From positions 602 to 64,601 of the forward strand of contig JADHNT010000001.1 in assembly GCA_016779385.1 (NCBI GenBank): a stretch of 64,000 nucleotides of DNA, given 5' to 3'. The translations under genes and the position numbers were made by a program. This DNA comes from Pseudomonadales bacterium (GTDB lineage Bacteria; Pseudomonadota; Gammaproteobacteria; Pseudomonadales; Azotimanducaceae). Below the pieces are notes generated by a model. The model did no database searches. It was not told where the DNA came from and was given only the letters and a program-made list of their open reading frames with translations. This document shows, piece after piece, positions 52,700 through 62,206 of the stretch (its first letter is position 1; every line of letters begins with the position of its first letter).

Positions 52700-53113
52700 A
52701 TGACCCAAGAACACACGCAGCCCGAGCGCTTCGGGGAGCTCTACGCCCCAGTGCTTGAGGAAATGAAGAGCCACAGCACCGTCGCTGAAACCTTCATCGA
52801 CACGGAGCGCTACCGCATCTACCTCACTACCCTTTGGGCCAACGCCGTGGCGCGCCCCGGGGCCTTCGGCCTCGCCGAAGAGGAACTAGAAGCCTTCTAC
52901 GGCTACTTAAACGAACAGGCGCAGGAATACGTCACAGATCCGGATCCTATCCTCGATAGCTTCCGCTTTTTGCGCACGGAAAGCGGAGAGCGGGCTCTGG
53001 CTCGGGGGCGGGTACCGAAGCACGTGCGAGATTTTCTGGCCCACCTAGGCACGCTTATGCTCGATCCCGATGGGCTACGCGCTCAACTTTCTGTGCTCCG
53101 CCCGGATCTCTGA
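52700..53113 (+). CDS. Hypothetical acidic protein
   Basis: ATG 52700 is preceded by AAGGGAGAG. 137 aa, no recognisable motif. Confidence 0.4.
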   Translation: MTQEHTQPERFGELYAPVLEEMKSHSTVAETFIDTERYRIYLTTLWANAVARPGAFGLAEEELEAFYGYLNEQAQEYVTDPDPILDSFRFLRTESGERALARGRVPKHVRDFLAHLGTLMLDPDGLRAQLSVLRPDL

Positions 53114-53118
53114 GACAC

Positions 53119-53829
53119 CTAAAAATCGTCGAGCAGGGCGTCGAGAACCTCCGGCGGCGGCGCGCCGTTGTAGCGCAGCTGGCGACGGCGCTGAAGGTAG
53201 CTGTCCCGGGCGAAGGCGTAGGGATCCAGGGCTTCCCCCTCAAGGAGATTCGTCGCCCCGAGGAAACCAGCGCGATAGGACACCGTATCCACCACCCGGA
53301 GGGGCGCCACCCAATAGTCCCCCAGGAGCTGGGGAGGCAACCACCACACCAGCACCCGATCGAGCAGCGTCGTTAGGGTACCGGGGCCCCAGAAGGGCAG
53401 CACCAGGTAGGGGGTCTGATCCAAACCCCAGCTGTCTAAGGCCTGGCCAATATCTTCATCCACGTCCACAAAGCCGATGGACGTCGCCGGGTCAAAAACC
53501 CCCCCAAGGCCGAGGGTCGAATTTACTAGGAAGCGCCCAGAGGCGGTGAGCGTGCGCTCCACGTCTCCCTGCAAGAGCGCGCCCGTCATGCTCACGGGCT
53601 CGGCCAAATTATCGAAGAAACGAAAAATCGCCTGCCCAAGGGGTGCGGGCATTACGCGGTCGTAGACCACGGCGGTGGGGCGAATGAAATTGCGATCTAA
53701 GGCGTTATTCAGCGCGAAGGCACGACGGTTGAAGGTCTCGAAGGGATCCCTAACGGTTTCCTCAGCCCGCGCCCCAAGCGCAAGAAGGGCAAGGGCAATC
53801 AGGCCGGCGGTCCGAAGAAATCCAATCAT
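53119..53829 (-). CDS. mlaA: MlaA/VacJ family outer-membrane lipid asymmetry protein
   Basis: DPFETFNRRAFALNNALDRNFIRPTAVVY and FLVNSTLGLGGVFDPA. A signal peptide is present, but I see no lipobox Cys. Confidence 0.8.
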   Translation of the reverse strand: MIGFLRTAGLIALALLALGARAEETVRDPFETFNRRAFALNNALDRNFIRPTAVVYDRVMPAPLGQAIFRFFDNLAEPVSMTGALLQGDVERTLTASGRFLVNSTLGLGGVFDPATSIGFVDVDEDIGQALDSWGLDQTPYLVLPFWGPGTLTTLLDRVLVWWLPPQLLGDYWVAPLRVVDTVSYRAGFLGATNLLEGEALDPYAFARDSYLQRRRQLRYNGAPPPEVLDALLDDF

Positions 53830-53861
53830 GGCGCCCTCCCCCTGCGGCCCTGCCTTGAGCT

Positions 53862-55163
53862 CTAAAGCGTAAACGTGCTTAGGACAGGAATATAGGTGAT
53901 TAAGAGCAGGGCGAACAGCAGCGCGCCCAGATAGGGCAGGCTCGCTCGGTAAAGGACGCCCAGGGGCTGTTTGAAACGGACGCTCGCGATAAAGAGGTTC
54001 ATGCCCACCGGGGGCGTCAGGGTCCCCAGCTGAAGGTTTGCTAAAAAGATCATGCCAAAGTGAATCGGGTGAATCTCGTACGCCACGGCCACGGGCAAAA
54101 GCAGGGGGACGAGCAGGACAATCGCTGCGTAGCTATCGATGATCATACCCAGGAGCAAGAGGCCCAAATTGAGGGCCAGCAAAAAACTCGTTTTCGAGGT
54201 GAGCTGAGCGCTTACCGCCTCAAAGAGGCGCTCCGGAAGCTGCGCATCGACGAACACATTTGCCAGCGCGAGCGCCGCCGCGAGGATCATGAGCACGCCC
54301 CCCACGAGGGTCATGCTGCGCCAGGCCAAGCTAGGGAGGGCGCGAAGGGAAACATCGCGGTAGAGCAGACACTGGGCCAGCACCACGTAAAGGGCCGTCA
54401 CCGCCGCCACCTCGGATAGGGCAAAAACGCCCCCGTAGATGCCCCCGAGTACGATCACGGGCAGGGGCGCTTCAAAGCGCGCCGCCCAGAGCGCTTCCCT
54501 AAGCTTCGGCCGCGGCGCCGGCGGAGCCTCCGGCGCGGCCCCTTCCTGGCCATCGCGCGGGTCCCGGCGGAGCTGAAAAAGCGCCACCGCGCCAAGCGCC
54601 AGCATCATCACCAGCAGGGGCACCACCCCCGCCAGGAACAGCTGCCGGAGGGAGAAGCTTGGGCCTACCCCAAGCTGCTGCGCCAGCACGCCGTAGAGAA
54701 TGAGGGGCACGCTGGGCACGAGGAGCAGGCCAAGGCTTCCGGAGGTGGTCACCAGGCCCAGGGCAGAACGGTCGCTAAAGCCATCGGCGCGGAGGGCGGG
54801 ATAGAGTAGGGCCCCAAGGGCCACCAAGGTGACCCCGGAGGCGCCGGTGAAAGCCGTAAACAAGGCACAGCAGAGCACGGTCACCCAAGCCACCCCACCC
54901 CGGAGCCCACCGAGGGCCGCCTGCGTCAGGGCGACCAGGCGATCGGCGCTGCGCCCCTCGGCCAACGCGTAGCCCGCAAAGGCAAAGAGGGGCAGGGAGA
55001 CGAGCAGGGGTGTATCCGTGAGCCGGGTGAGCTCCACCGCCACGATGGTGAGGGGGATCTCGGCCCAGGCGAAGCCCGTGAAGGCGGCGGCAAGCAAAAT
55101 GGCAAAGAGCGGCGCCCCGGAGAGCAGCAGCAGGACCGTGAGCGCGAGGAAGAGCTCGGTCAT
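53862..55163 (-). CDS. TRAP transporter large permease (DctM family)
   Basis: ORF 55259 trimmed to ATG 55163, which overlaps the dctQ-like stop (ATGA). 433 aa polytopic protein. Confidence 0.82.
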   Translation of the reverse strand: MTELFLALTVLLLLSGAPLFAILLAAAFTGFAWAEIPLTIVAVELTRLTDTPLLVSLPLFAFAGYALAEGRSADRLVALTQAALGGLRGGVAWVTVLCCALFTAFTGASGVTLVALGALLYPALRADGFSDRSALGLVTTSGSLGLLLVPSVPLILYGVLAQQLGVGPSFSLRQLFLAGVVPLLVMMLALGAVALFQLRRDPRDGQEGAAPEAPPAPRPKLREALWAARFEAPLPVIVLGGIYGGVFALSEVAAVTALYVVLAQCLLYRDVSLRALPSLAWRSMTLVGGVLMILAAALALANVFVDAQLPERLFEAVSAQLTSKTSFLLALNLGLLLLGMIIDSYAAIVLLVPLLLPVAVAYEIHPIHFGMIFLANLQLGTLTPPVGMNLFIASVRFKQPLGVLYRASLPYLGALLFALLLITYIPVLSTFTL

Positions 55164-55600
55164 GGCGCCGGGCGCCAGGCAAGGCGAAGAAAGCGCAAGG
55201 CCATGGCTGCAAAGGCGCCCGGGACAATCAAAAGCGTGACCCAGACGGGAAGGCCCCAAAAGGCCAGGCGCCCCTCTTCCTGCTCAAGCAGGCACAGCAG
55301 GGCACCGTGGTAGCCCGCAAAGGCGCAGAGCCCCGCCGTAGCCAGGGCGGACAGGCGACGGAGGCGCTGTTCCCAGGGGCCCGAAAGGACCTGGGCCAGG
55401 AGGTCGATGCGAATATGATTTCCCTCCCGGGTGGCGCCGAGGGCGCCGAGCATGGCCAGCCAGAGCACGAGCGTCTGGAGCAGTTCCTCCGCCCCCGGGA
55501 GGCTTGTGGAAAAGCCATTGCGAAGCAGGATCTGTAGAAGGGCGATCAGCAGCAGGAGCCCAAAGGCGGCGGCCAGCACCGCCTTTTCAAGGCGAAGCAC
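55160..55600 (-). CDS. TRAP transporter small permease (DctQ family)
   Basis: GTG 55600 lies 2 nt after the binding-protein stop. 146 aa with four hydrophobic spans. The longer ORF-track version would overlap the binding-protein gene. Confidence 0.65.
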   Translation of the reverse strand: MLRLEKAVLAAAFGLLLLIALLQILLRNGFSTSLPGAEELLQTLVLWLAMLGALGATREGNHIRIDLLAQVLSGPWEQRLRRLSALATAGLCAFAGYHGALLCLLEQEEGRLAFWGLPVWVTLLIVPGAFAAMALRFLRLAWRPAP

Positions 55601-55602
55601 CG

Positions 55603-56604
55603 CTAGGGCGCCCGGTAGGCGCGGAGGGCGGCCTGCAGCGCCGCGTAGCGCGCCGCGCTCACAGCGCCGCTGTCGATCATTTCTTGCCGAGCTGCGGCCG
55701 CTGCGGTCACCCATTCGGCCCGGGCTTCCAGCGAAGGCTCAAGGAAGCGCAGGCCCTGGGCTTTCAAGGCCGCCATAGCCTGCTCATGGTCAGCACGATT
55801 TTGCGCGCCAATGGCCTCGAAGGTCTCCGACAGCACCGCGCGGAGCACCGTCTGGTCTTCGACGCCCAAGCGCTCAAAAGCCTTTCGTTGCAAGGCCAGG
55901 GTGCCGTAAACGTACATGAAGGGCAGATCGAGCACGGCCCGGAGCTGGGTAAACCACTGCAGCGCAACGGCGCCCACGGGGGGCGCGGCAATGGCGTCGA
56001 TCAGCTGGGTCTGGAGACCGGGGAGCACATCTGCGATCCCTAAAGGCACGGGGGTCAGCCCGAAGCCCCGGAGCGCAGCTTCCGCCCCTTCATCGTCGGA
56101 AGGCGACCACACCTTCAGCGCCCGGGCCTCGGGAAGGGTCGTCACCTCCGCCTTGCTCATAGCGTAGGCAAAGCCCGCCTCCGCAAAGCCAAAGGCCACC
56201 CAGCCAGCCTCCTCCAGGCCCGCCAGGAGCTCCGGGTCGAACTGCGCCCGAAGCGCATCCACCTCATCAAAATCGTTGAACAGCATGGGCAGGTTGTAGA
56301 GCTGCACATCCGTAAAGTCGCTCTGCAGCGCGCCGGTGGTGAGGGCGGCGCCCTGGAGCTGCCCGAAGCGAATCTTCCGGAGCACCGCCGTGTCGTCACC
56401 CATGACGCCGCCGGGGTAAAAGCGAAGGGTTACGCGCCCCTCCGTTCCCGCCGCGACGCGCGCCCCCGCGTCCTCCATGGCCTGCATCCAGGCGGAGCCG
56501 GGAGGCGATAGAGTCGCGATCTTCAGCGTGGCCGCCTGAAGGCCGGCGCTAAGGAAAAGCAGCATGGCGATGAGCGCCCAGCGCCCCTTCCCTGCGAAAA
56601 CCAT
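55603..56604 (-). CDS. TRAP transporter substrate-binding protein (DctP type)
   Basis: ORF 56826 trimmed to ATG 56604 (AAGGAG SD). Has signal peptide MVFAGKGRWALIAMLLFLSAGLQA, then TLKIATLSPPGSAW. Confidence 0.8.
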   Translation of the reverse strand: MVFAGKGRWALIAMLLFLSAGLQAATLKIATLSPPGSAWMQAMEDAGARVAAGTEGRVTLRFYPGGVMGDDTAVLRKIRFGQLQGAALTTGALQSDFTDVQLYNLPMLFNDFDEVDALRAQFDPELLAGLEEAGWVAFGFAEAGFAYAMSKAEVTTLPEARALKVWSPSDDEGAEAALRGFGLTPVPLGIADVLPGLQTQLIDAIAAPPVGAVALQWFTQLRAVLDLPFMYVYGTLALQRKAFERLGVEDQTVLRAVLSETFEAIGAQNRADHEQAMAALKAQGLRFLEPSLEARAEWVTAAAAARQEMIDSGAVSAARYAALQAALRAYRAP

Positions 56605-56618
56605 GGAGACTCCTTGAG

Positions 56619-57491
56619 TTAGAAGTAATGGTCGGCGTCGGCGAGCAAAGCTCTCGCCTGCGCCTGCGCGATGGTGTTGGCCAGGGTAAGCCCCGGGGCC
56701 TCGGGGTCGGCCGCTAGCACCTCCCGAAGCACCTGATCGTGCAGCTCTCGGTCGAAGAGCATGCGCGCGTAGCGTTCCGCAAGTAGCACCTTGGCCGTCA
56801 GATGGCGCTCCTCGCTTAAGGCCCAAGCCCGCTCAAAATGACTTCGACCCTCTTCCGGTCGGCCGCCCAGGGCCGGGGGCGCTAGGGTATCAAGCACTCC
56901 AAGGTAAAGGTGGGCCCCGCCATGTTCGTGCGCCTCATCTAAAACCAGTACCCGTTGCAGGAGGGCGCGCACCCGCGCCAGCTCCGCTACGGCCCGCCAG
57001 TCGTCGCTATGGGCCTGCACGTAGCCCGCCCAGCTCGTAGCGAGCGTGTAGAGCAGCGCAGGATCCTCCTGTTCACTGACCCAGGCTTCGAAGCGGGGGT
57101 AGGGCTCGGACCGTAAGGCGCAGCCCGACGCCGCTAGGCACGCGGCCTCGCCGGCAAGGCCCAGGGCTCGAGCATGTAGGCGCTTTGACCGGTCGGGATC
57201 CTGAACAAAATTGCCCGCAAAGGCGCTGTGAAGGGTGGCCGAAGCCAAAAGTAGACCCGGGTCCTCCGGCGCGCTCTGGAGTAGGCTATCAAGGAGCACA
57301 AGATAGGTCGGAACGGCCGCCGCGATGGTCTCGGGGTCGTTATGATTAAGGATTGCTTGAGTGAGGTTATCTGCGAGGGGCTCGGTGGCGCGGGAGATCA
57401 CCACGGCGCAGCCCGACAAACCGACGAGCAGCATGGCTAGGGCCATCCCCCGAAAGCCCGGGCGGCGCGGATTTCGCTTACCGTGGATCAT
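56619..57491 (-). CDS. TatT-like TPR lipoprotein (T component of TPR-protein-associated TRAP transporters)
   Basis: Lipobox LSGC, an all-helical TPR-like body, and position directly upstream of the dctP/Q/M-type genes. Confidence 0.6.
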   Translation of the reverse strand: MIHGKRNPRRPGFRGMALAMLLVGLSGCAVVISRATEPLADNLTQAILNHNDPETIAAAVPTYLVLLDSLLQSAPEDPGLLLASATLHSAFAGNFVQDPDRSKRLHARALGLAGEAACLAASGCALRSEPYPRFEAWVSEQEDPALLYTLATSWAGYVQAHSDDWRAVAELARVRALLQRVLVLDEAHEHGGAHLYLGVLDTLAPPALGGRPEEGRSHFERAWALSEERHLTAKVLLAERYARMLFDRELHDQVLREVLAADPEAPGLTLANTIAQAQARALLADADHYF

Positions 57492-58019
57492 GACAGGCCG
57501 TCCGCCGCCAGCAAGGAGCGCACATTGAGCCAGGGGCCTTGGGGCAAATCAAGGGAGCACGGCGCCGGCCTGGCCCTCACGCCGGTCCAGCTGCGCGGTG
57601 CCTTTCGGGATTCCTTTGCAGCGTTGTTGGACAGCAGCCTGGCCTTACTTGAGGACGAAGGGCGCCCTGCCTGGGGCCCGGGAGCCATCGCCGCCCAGCG
57701 TCAGCGGCTCTTTCGCCGACTCCAGCAGGGGGAACAGGCCGTGCTCCTCGGCAACGGCCCGGCTTTCGCGGGCCATGCACAGTGGGCCGAAGCGGGCTCT
57801 ACGCTTCGGCTTCGGGAGCTTCGCATCGCCCCGGCCCGGCGTCGGGAGGGGCTGGGCGCTGCATTCCTGAGCTGGCTCCTGAACACCTATCCCGCGGTGC
57901 CCATACACGTTCAGGTGTTCGCGCCCAATCAGGCCGGCCGCGCCTTCTGGAGGGCCGCGGCACAGCGGAACCGGGCCCTACGCGTAGAGGTGGTCGAATC
58001 CACGCCGTCCCTGAGCTAG
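57483..58019 (+). CDS. Probable GNAT-type acetyltransferase (start uncertain)
   Basis: LRELRIAPARRREGLGAAFLSWLL resembles GNAT motif A. The track start GTG 57483 overlaps the tatT-like ATG; TTG 57525 is an alternative. Confidence 0.4.
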   Translation: MDHDRPSAASKERTLSQGPWGKSREHGAGLALTPVQLRGAFRDSFAALLDSSLALLEDEGRPAWGPGAIAAQRQRLFRRLQQGEQAVLLGNGPAFAGHAQWAEAGSTLRLRELRIAPARRREGLGAAFLSWLLNTYPAVPIHVQVFAPNQAGRAFWRAAAQRNRALRVEVVESTPSLS

Positions 58020-58053
58020 CCTTGGGCTTCGCTTACCGGGGAGGGAACCACCC

Positions 58054-58770
58054 ATGCTACGTCTTCGCCAACTTGCCCTAGCCGCCACCCAGCGCGATCC
58101 CATCATTGATGAACTACGCGCCTTCCTCGCCGTGCCCCTCGGCTACATCGATCCAGGGGTCGCCGCCTTTGGCTTGGAAAACCGTCTACTGGTGGTCGGC
58201 GACGACCATCTAGAAGTGGTCAGCCCCGTGGAAGAAAACACCACCGCAGGCCGTTGGATCGACCGCCAGGGCGGCGATGCGGGCTACATGGTGATTTTCC
58301 AGTGTGACAACCTTGCCGCTCGGCGGGCGCACTTCGCCGAACTGGGGGTCCGTACGGTCTGGACCTCGGACCGTCCGGAAGCCATCGCTAGCCACCTCCA
58401 TCCGAAGGATGTAGGTGGCGCCATCGTATCCATCGATCAAATGCCCAGCTGGGACGGCTGGCACTGGGCGGGCCCGAGCTGGACCGAACAGCGTGAGGCG
58501 GGCTGGGCCGCAGGCTTTGCCGCAGCGCGACTCTCCAGCCCCACCCCGGAAGCCCTCGCGGCCCGCTGGAGCGCCGTGCTGGAAACGCCCCTTGCAAAGT
58601 ACGAAGGTTTGCCTTGCCTTACGCTCGACGGCAATCGGATCCTCTTTGAAACAGGGCCGAGGGAATCGCTCGTGGGCATTGACCTTAAGGTTCGGGCGGG
58701 CCACGACGCCCCGGCCCCGACCACCATCGCCGGGGTCCGCTTCCAGGGCGTCGCCGAAGCTCAGCCCTAA
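58054..58770 (+). CDS. VOC/glyoxalase-like domain protein
   Basis: GGGGAGGGA SD upstream of ATG 58054. 238 aa with LEVVSPVEENTTAGRWI and GYMVIFQCDNL segments, as in glyoxalase-like domain proteins. Confidence 0.5.
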   Translation: MLRLRQLALAATQRDPIIDELRAFLAVPLGYIDPGVAAFGLENRLLVVGDDHLEVVSPVEENTTAGRWIDRQGGDAGYMVIFQCDNLAARRAHFAELGVRTVWTSDRPEAIASHLHPKDVGGAIVSIDQMPSWDGWHWAGPSWTEQREAGWAAGFAAARLSSPTPEALAARWSAVLETPLAKYEGLPCLTLDGNRILFETGPRESLVGIDLKVRAGHDAPAPTTIAGVRFQGVAEAQP

Positions 58771-59975
58771 GCTTCCAGGCGATAGGCCCGGGCGATGCAG
58801 CCCAGGGCCACGGAGGACCCAAGGGCCATCGCCCCGAGCATGGGCCAGGGGGTGCCGTTCTGCGCTATCCCTACGGCTTGGGTGGCGAGGCCCGCCACAA
58901 ACATCTGCATAAAGCTTGTTAGTCCTGAGGCGGTCCCCGCACGCTCCGGAAAAACATTAATCGCCCCCGCCTGGGCGTTCGGAGCCGCTAGGCCGCTACC
59001 AATCATGGACAGGGCGATGGGCAGGAAGAGCCCTGCCGGGGTCAGGGGCCCCCACAGCGCGAGGAGCGCCGCCAGCGCAATGCCGAGCACTGCGAGGGTG
59101 GAGCCGGTCAGCATCAGTCCTAGCACGGGGTAGCGCCCGGACAGGCGCACGGCGAGGAGATTCCCCCCCATGTAGCCGAGGGAAATGACGACGAACCACA
59201 TCCCGTAGGCCGTCGCCCCCTGCCCGAGCGTGTTCACCATGAGATAGGGCGCCGCGCTGATGAAGGCGAAGAAGATCATGGAGGACGCCGCCGCGTGGCC
59301 CATGTAAGCCCGGTAGCGGGCCGAGCCTAGGCACAGCCAGAAGCCTCGGAGAAGCGCGCCCACCCCAAAGGTCAGGGCCGAGCGGGGCAGAGTTTCCGGC
59401 AGCCCGAAGAACACCAGCAGGGAGATGAAGAGCCCAGCGAGGGCCGTAAACCAAAACACGGCCCGCCAGTCGATCAGATCCGTCAGCACGCCGCCCAGGG
59501 CCGGAGCCACCATGGGCGCCACCACCATCACCATGGAAAGCTGAGCGATGAGCCCCGCCGCCCGCTCCGGACCAAAGCGATCCCGGACCACGGCCCGGGG
59601 AAGCACCATGCCCACAGCGCCGCCGGCGGATTGGAGCACCCGGGCGGCAATAAGGCTGTCGAGCGTCGGCGCCAAGGCACAGGCCACGGAGCCCAGCGCG
59701 AAGAGCGCCAGCCCCCCGAGCATCACCGGACGCCGTCCATAGCGATCGGCCAGGGGTCCATAAATCAGGGTGGCGCAGGCCACGGCCACGAGGGCCAGAC
59801 TTAAGGTGAGCTGGGCCGCCCCCGCGCTGGCTCCAAAGGTTTGCTGCACCAGGGGCACGGAGGGCAAAAAGATCTGCATGGCGAGAGGCCCGGTGGCAGT
59901 CACGGCCGCCAGCAGCGCGACCCAGAGCAGGGACCAGTCGTCGTCGGAGCGGGGATGGGTGGGGGGCGCGGCCAT
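58767..59975 (-). CDS. MFS transporter, Bcr/CflA drug-resistance subfamily
   Basis: 12-TM MFS protein with GPLADRYGRRPVML (motif A) after TM2. Confidence 0.8.
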   Translation of the reverse strand: MAAPPTHPRSDDDWSLLWVALLAAVTATGPLAMQIFLPSVPLVQQTFGASAGAAQLTLSLALVAVACATLIYGPLADRYGRRPVMLGGLALFALGSVACALAPTLDSLIAARVLQSAGGAVGMVLPRAVVRDRFGPERAAGLIAQLSMVMVVAPMVAPALGGVLTDLIDWRAVFWFTALAGLFISLLVFFGLPETLPRSALTFGVGALLRGFWLCLGSARYRAYMGHAAASSMIFFAFISAAPYLMVNTLGQGATAYGMWFVVISLGYMGGNLLAVRLSGRYPVLGLMLTGSTLAVLGIALAALLALWGPLTPAGLFLPIALSMIGSGLAAPNAQAGAINVFPERAGTASGLTSFMQMFVAGLATQAVGIAQNGTPWPMLGAMALGSSVALGCIARAYRLEA

Positions 59976-60054
59976 GGCCTAGAATAACAGCTTCCGGTCC
60001 GGCCAAGGCTCTGCGACACTCTTCCCGGGAGCACTAGGGAGAGGAAGTCATGCC

Positions 60055-61413
60055 ATGGCCGAAGGCCTGCGCCTAAAAACCATCTGGAGCTATGGAGCCC
60101 TAGGCTTTCCCCTTGCGCTTCTAGGCTACCCCCTCGGCATCTGGCTTCCACGAGCCTACTCCAGCGATGTGGGAGTGGAACTCGCCGTAGTGGGCCTGAT
60201 CATCACCGCCGCGGCCATCTTCGACGCCATCACCGATCCACTCATGGGCTTTGCCAGCGATCGCCTGCGGACCCGCTGGGGTCGGCGACGCCTCTGGGTG
60301 GGAGCGGGCATTCCCCTCCTGACCTTGGCGATCTGGAGCGTATTGAATCCCACGGAGGGGGCCACCGCAGCCTACCTCGCGTTCTGGTACATCGGCCTGC
60401 GCGTGGGTTCCACCATGGTGCTCGTGCCCTATGGCGCCTGGGGCGCGGAACTCGCCAAGGATTACCACGGCCGCACGCAGCTGAACTCGGCACGACAGCG
60501 CTTCGTACTCCTGGGGCTCATCGCTGCTGCCTTCGTCCCAGCCCTCGTCGAGTTTCAGCTAGGAGACGACGCCACCGCGCTGGCCGTGCTCGGCGGCTAC
60601 GGCCTGCTGATCCTGATCGCTCTGCCCGGCATCGGGCTCTGGACCCTGACCCAGGTGCCCGAGCCACCCCTGGCCCAGAGCGCGGGTCGCACCCCCTTTT
60701 TGCGGTCCCTCACACTCATGTGGTCCAACGGCCTCTTTCGGGTCGTGGTGGTCATCGAACTGGTGATTACGGGCGGGGAAAGCTTCCGTAACGCTCTCTC
60801 CCTCTTCTTCATGCAGGATGTCATCGGCATTCCCCGGGCGGGCCAGCTCTACGTGATCTACTTCGTCACCGGGCTCCTAGCCATCCCCGGCTGGGATTTC
60901 CTTGCCCGGCGCTACGGTAAGCACCGCTCCCTGGCCAGCGCGATGATTGTCGTGAGTTTCGTCAGCCTCGCCATCTTCGCCCTGCCCCCCGAGTCGGAAG
61001 CGGCTTTCAAGTGGCTCTTTGCTGCGAAGGGGCTGTGCTTCGGCGCCTTTGCCTATCTTCCCATCGCCATGATGGCGGACGTCATCGATATCGATACGGC
61101 CCGGTCCCGGGATCCCCGCACGGGCAGCTATTTTGCCGTGCACGGCTTCATGACCAAATGTGCAGCGTCCTTCGCGGGCTTATCCCTACCGCTCCTGGCC
61201 CTCACGGGCTACGACGCGACCCCGGGCGCGGAGAATGGCGCGGACGCCCTCCTCTGGCTGTCCGTGCTCTACGCCATTGTGCCGACGGTGCTTTTTTTAC
61301 TGGCGCTTTATCTCTGCTGGACCTGGCCCCTTACGGCGGAGCGGCACCAGCGCTTCCGGGAACGCATCGCCCGCCGAGATGCCCGAGCCGCTCAAGCCGC
61401 CCAATCCGTTTAG
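60055..61413 (+). CDS. MFS transporter, glycoside-pentoside-hexuronide (GPH) type
   Basis: AIFDAITDPLMGFASDRLRTRWGRRRLW, the GPH-family signature after TM2; 452 aa. Confidence 0.78.
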   Translation: MAEGLRLKTIWSYGALGFPLALLGYPLGIWLPRAYSSDVGVELAVVGLIITAAAIFDAITDPLMGFASDRLRTRWGRRRLWVGAGIPLLTLAIWSVLNPTEGATAAYLAFWYIGLRVGSTMVLVPYGAWGAELAKDYHGRTQLNSARQRFVLLGLIAAAFVPALVEFQLGDDATALAVLGGYGLLILIALPGIGLWTLTQVPEPPLAQSAGRTPFLRSLTLMWSNGLFRVVVVIELVITGGESFRNALSLFFMQDVIGIPRAGQLYVIYFVTGLLAIPGWDFLARRYGKHRSLASAMIVVSFVSLAIFALPPESEAAFKWLFAAKGLCFGAFAYLPIAMMADVIDIDTARSRDPRTGSYFAVHGFMTKCAASFAGLSLPLLALTGYDATPGAENGADALLWLSVLYAIVPTVLFLLALYLCWTWPLTAERHQRFRERIARRDARAAQAAQSV

Positions 61414-61423
61414 GAGCTTTACC

Positions 61424-62206
61424 ATGACTGACCCCATCGTGCGGGTGGACAAGGACGGGGGTATTGCCTGCGTCACCATGAACCGCCCGGAGGCCCTAAA
61501 TGCCCTCAACCGGGCCCTGCGCACGGCCCTAGTGACCACCTTCACGGCGTTGGCTGAGGACGAGGAAACGGCGGTGGTCATTTTCACCGGCGCCGGCCGG
61601 GCCTTCACCGCGGGCCTAGACCTCAAGGAGCTTGGGGGAGAAACGCAGGCCAGCGCCGATGCTGACGGCGCCGAAATCGACATTGGCGCCGTCCTCTACC
61701 GTTTCCCCAAGCCCATCATCGGCGCCATCAACGGCTTTGCCATTACTGGCGGCTTCGAATTGGCCCTGCTCTGCGACATCTTGCTCTGCGCAGAGGAAGC
61801 GGCCTTCGCCGATACCCACGCCCGGGTAGGCGTCGTGCCGGGCTGGGGCCTCTCCCAGCGCCTGCCCCGGCTGATCGGCCTGCCCCGGGCCAAGGAGCTC
61901 TCGCTTACGGGGAACTTCCTGAGCGCAGAGCAGGCCTACGCCTGGGGCATGGTGAATCGCGTAGTGCCGAAGGATGAGCTCCTGCCGGCGGCAACAGCTC
62001 TCGCCAAGGACATCCTGACCACGGAGCCGGTGACGCGAAACGCCGTGCTCGCCCTCATGGACGCGGGTTGGGAAGACACTCTGGAAGGGGGCCTCGCTCG
62101 GGAGAAGCGCTGGAGCCAGGCGCACATGGCGGAGCGAGTGCAGCCGGAGGCGGTGGCCGAGCGCCGCCGAGGCATTATGGATCGGGGCCGGGGCCAGTCG
62201 TCCTAG
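61424..62206 (+). CDS. Enoyl-CoA hydratase/isomerase family protein
   Basis: ORF 61160 trimmed to ATG 61424 (TAGGAG SD). Reads VIFTGAGRAFTAGLDL and AINGFAITGGFELALLCD. Confidence 0.82.
   Translation: MTDPIVRVDKDGGIACVTMNRPEALNALNRALRTALVTTFTALAEDEETAVVIFTGAGRAFTAGLDLKELGGETQASADADGAEIDIGAVLYRFPKPIIGAINGFAITGGFELALLCDILLCAEEAAFADTHARVGVVPGWGLSQRLPRLIGLPRAKELSLTGNFLSAEQAYAWGMVNRVVPKDELLPAATALAKDILTTEPVTRNAVLALMDAGWEDTLEGGLAREKRWSQAHMAERVQPEAVAERRRGIMDRGRGQSS

Noticed and set aside
14514-56826. N-terminal extensions given by the ORF track for bchI (to 15740), crtI (to 11924), crtD (from 6840), crtC (from 8315), phrB (to 50405), dctP-like (to 56826), dctM-like (to 55259), and the genes starting at 26013, 31884 and 61424
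   Set aside because: The extensions overlap the preceding gene or are Arg/Pro-rich. Internal ATG/GTG codons with good SD sequences give N-termini matching the conserved family starts.
1958-60006. Many long overlapping ORFs in the track, for example 1958..2845 +, 5053..5712 -, 9270..9899 -, 11127..11813 +, 13011..13514 +, 17291..17944 -, 22184..23050 +, 46470..47132 -, 58996..60006 -
   Set aside because: Each overlaps a gene with clear family motifs in another frame or on the other strand. Their products are low-complexity Arg/Pro/Gly/Ala strings. Such shadow ORFs are expected in high-GC DNA because stop codons are rare.
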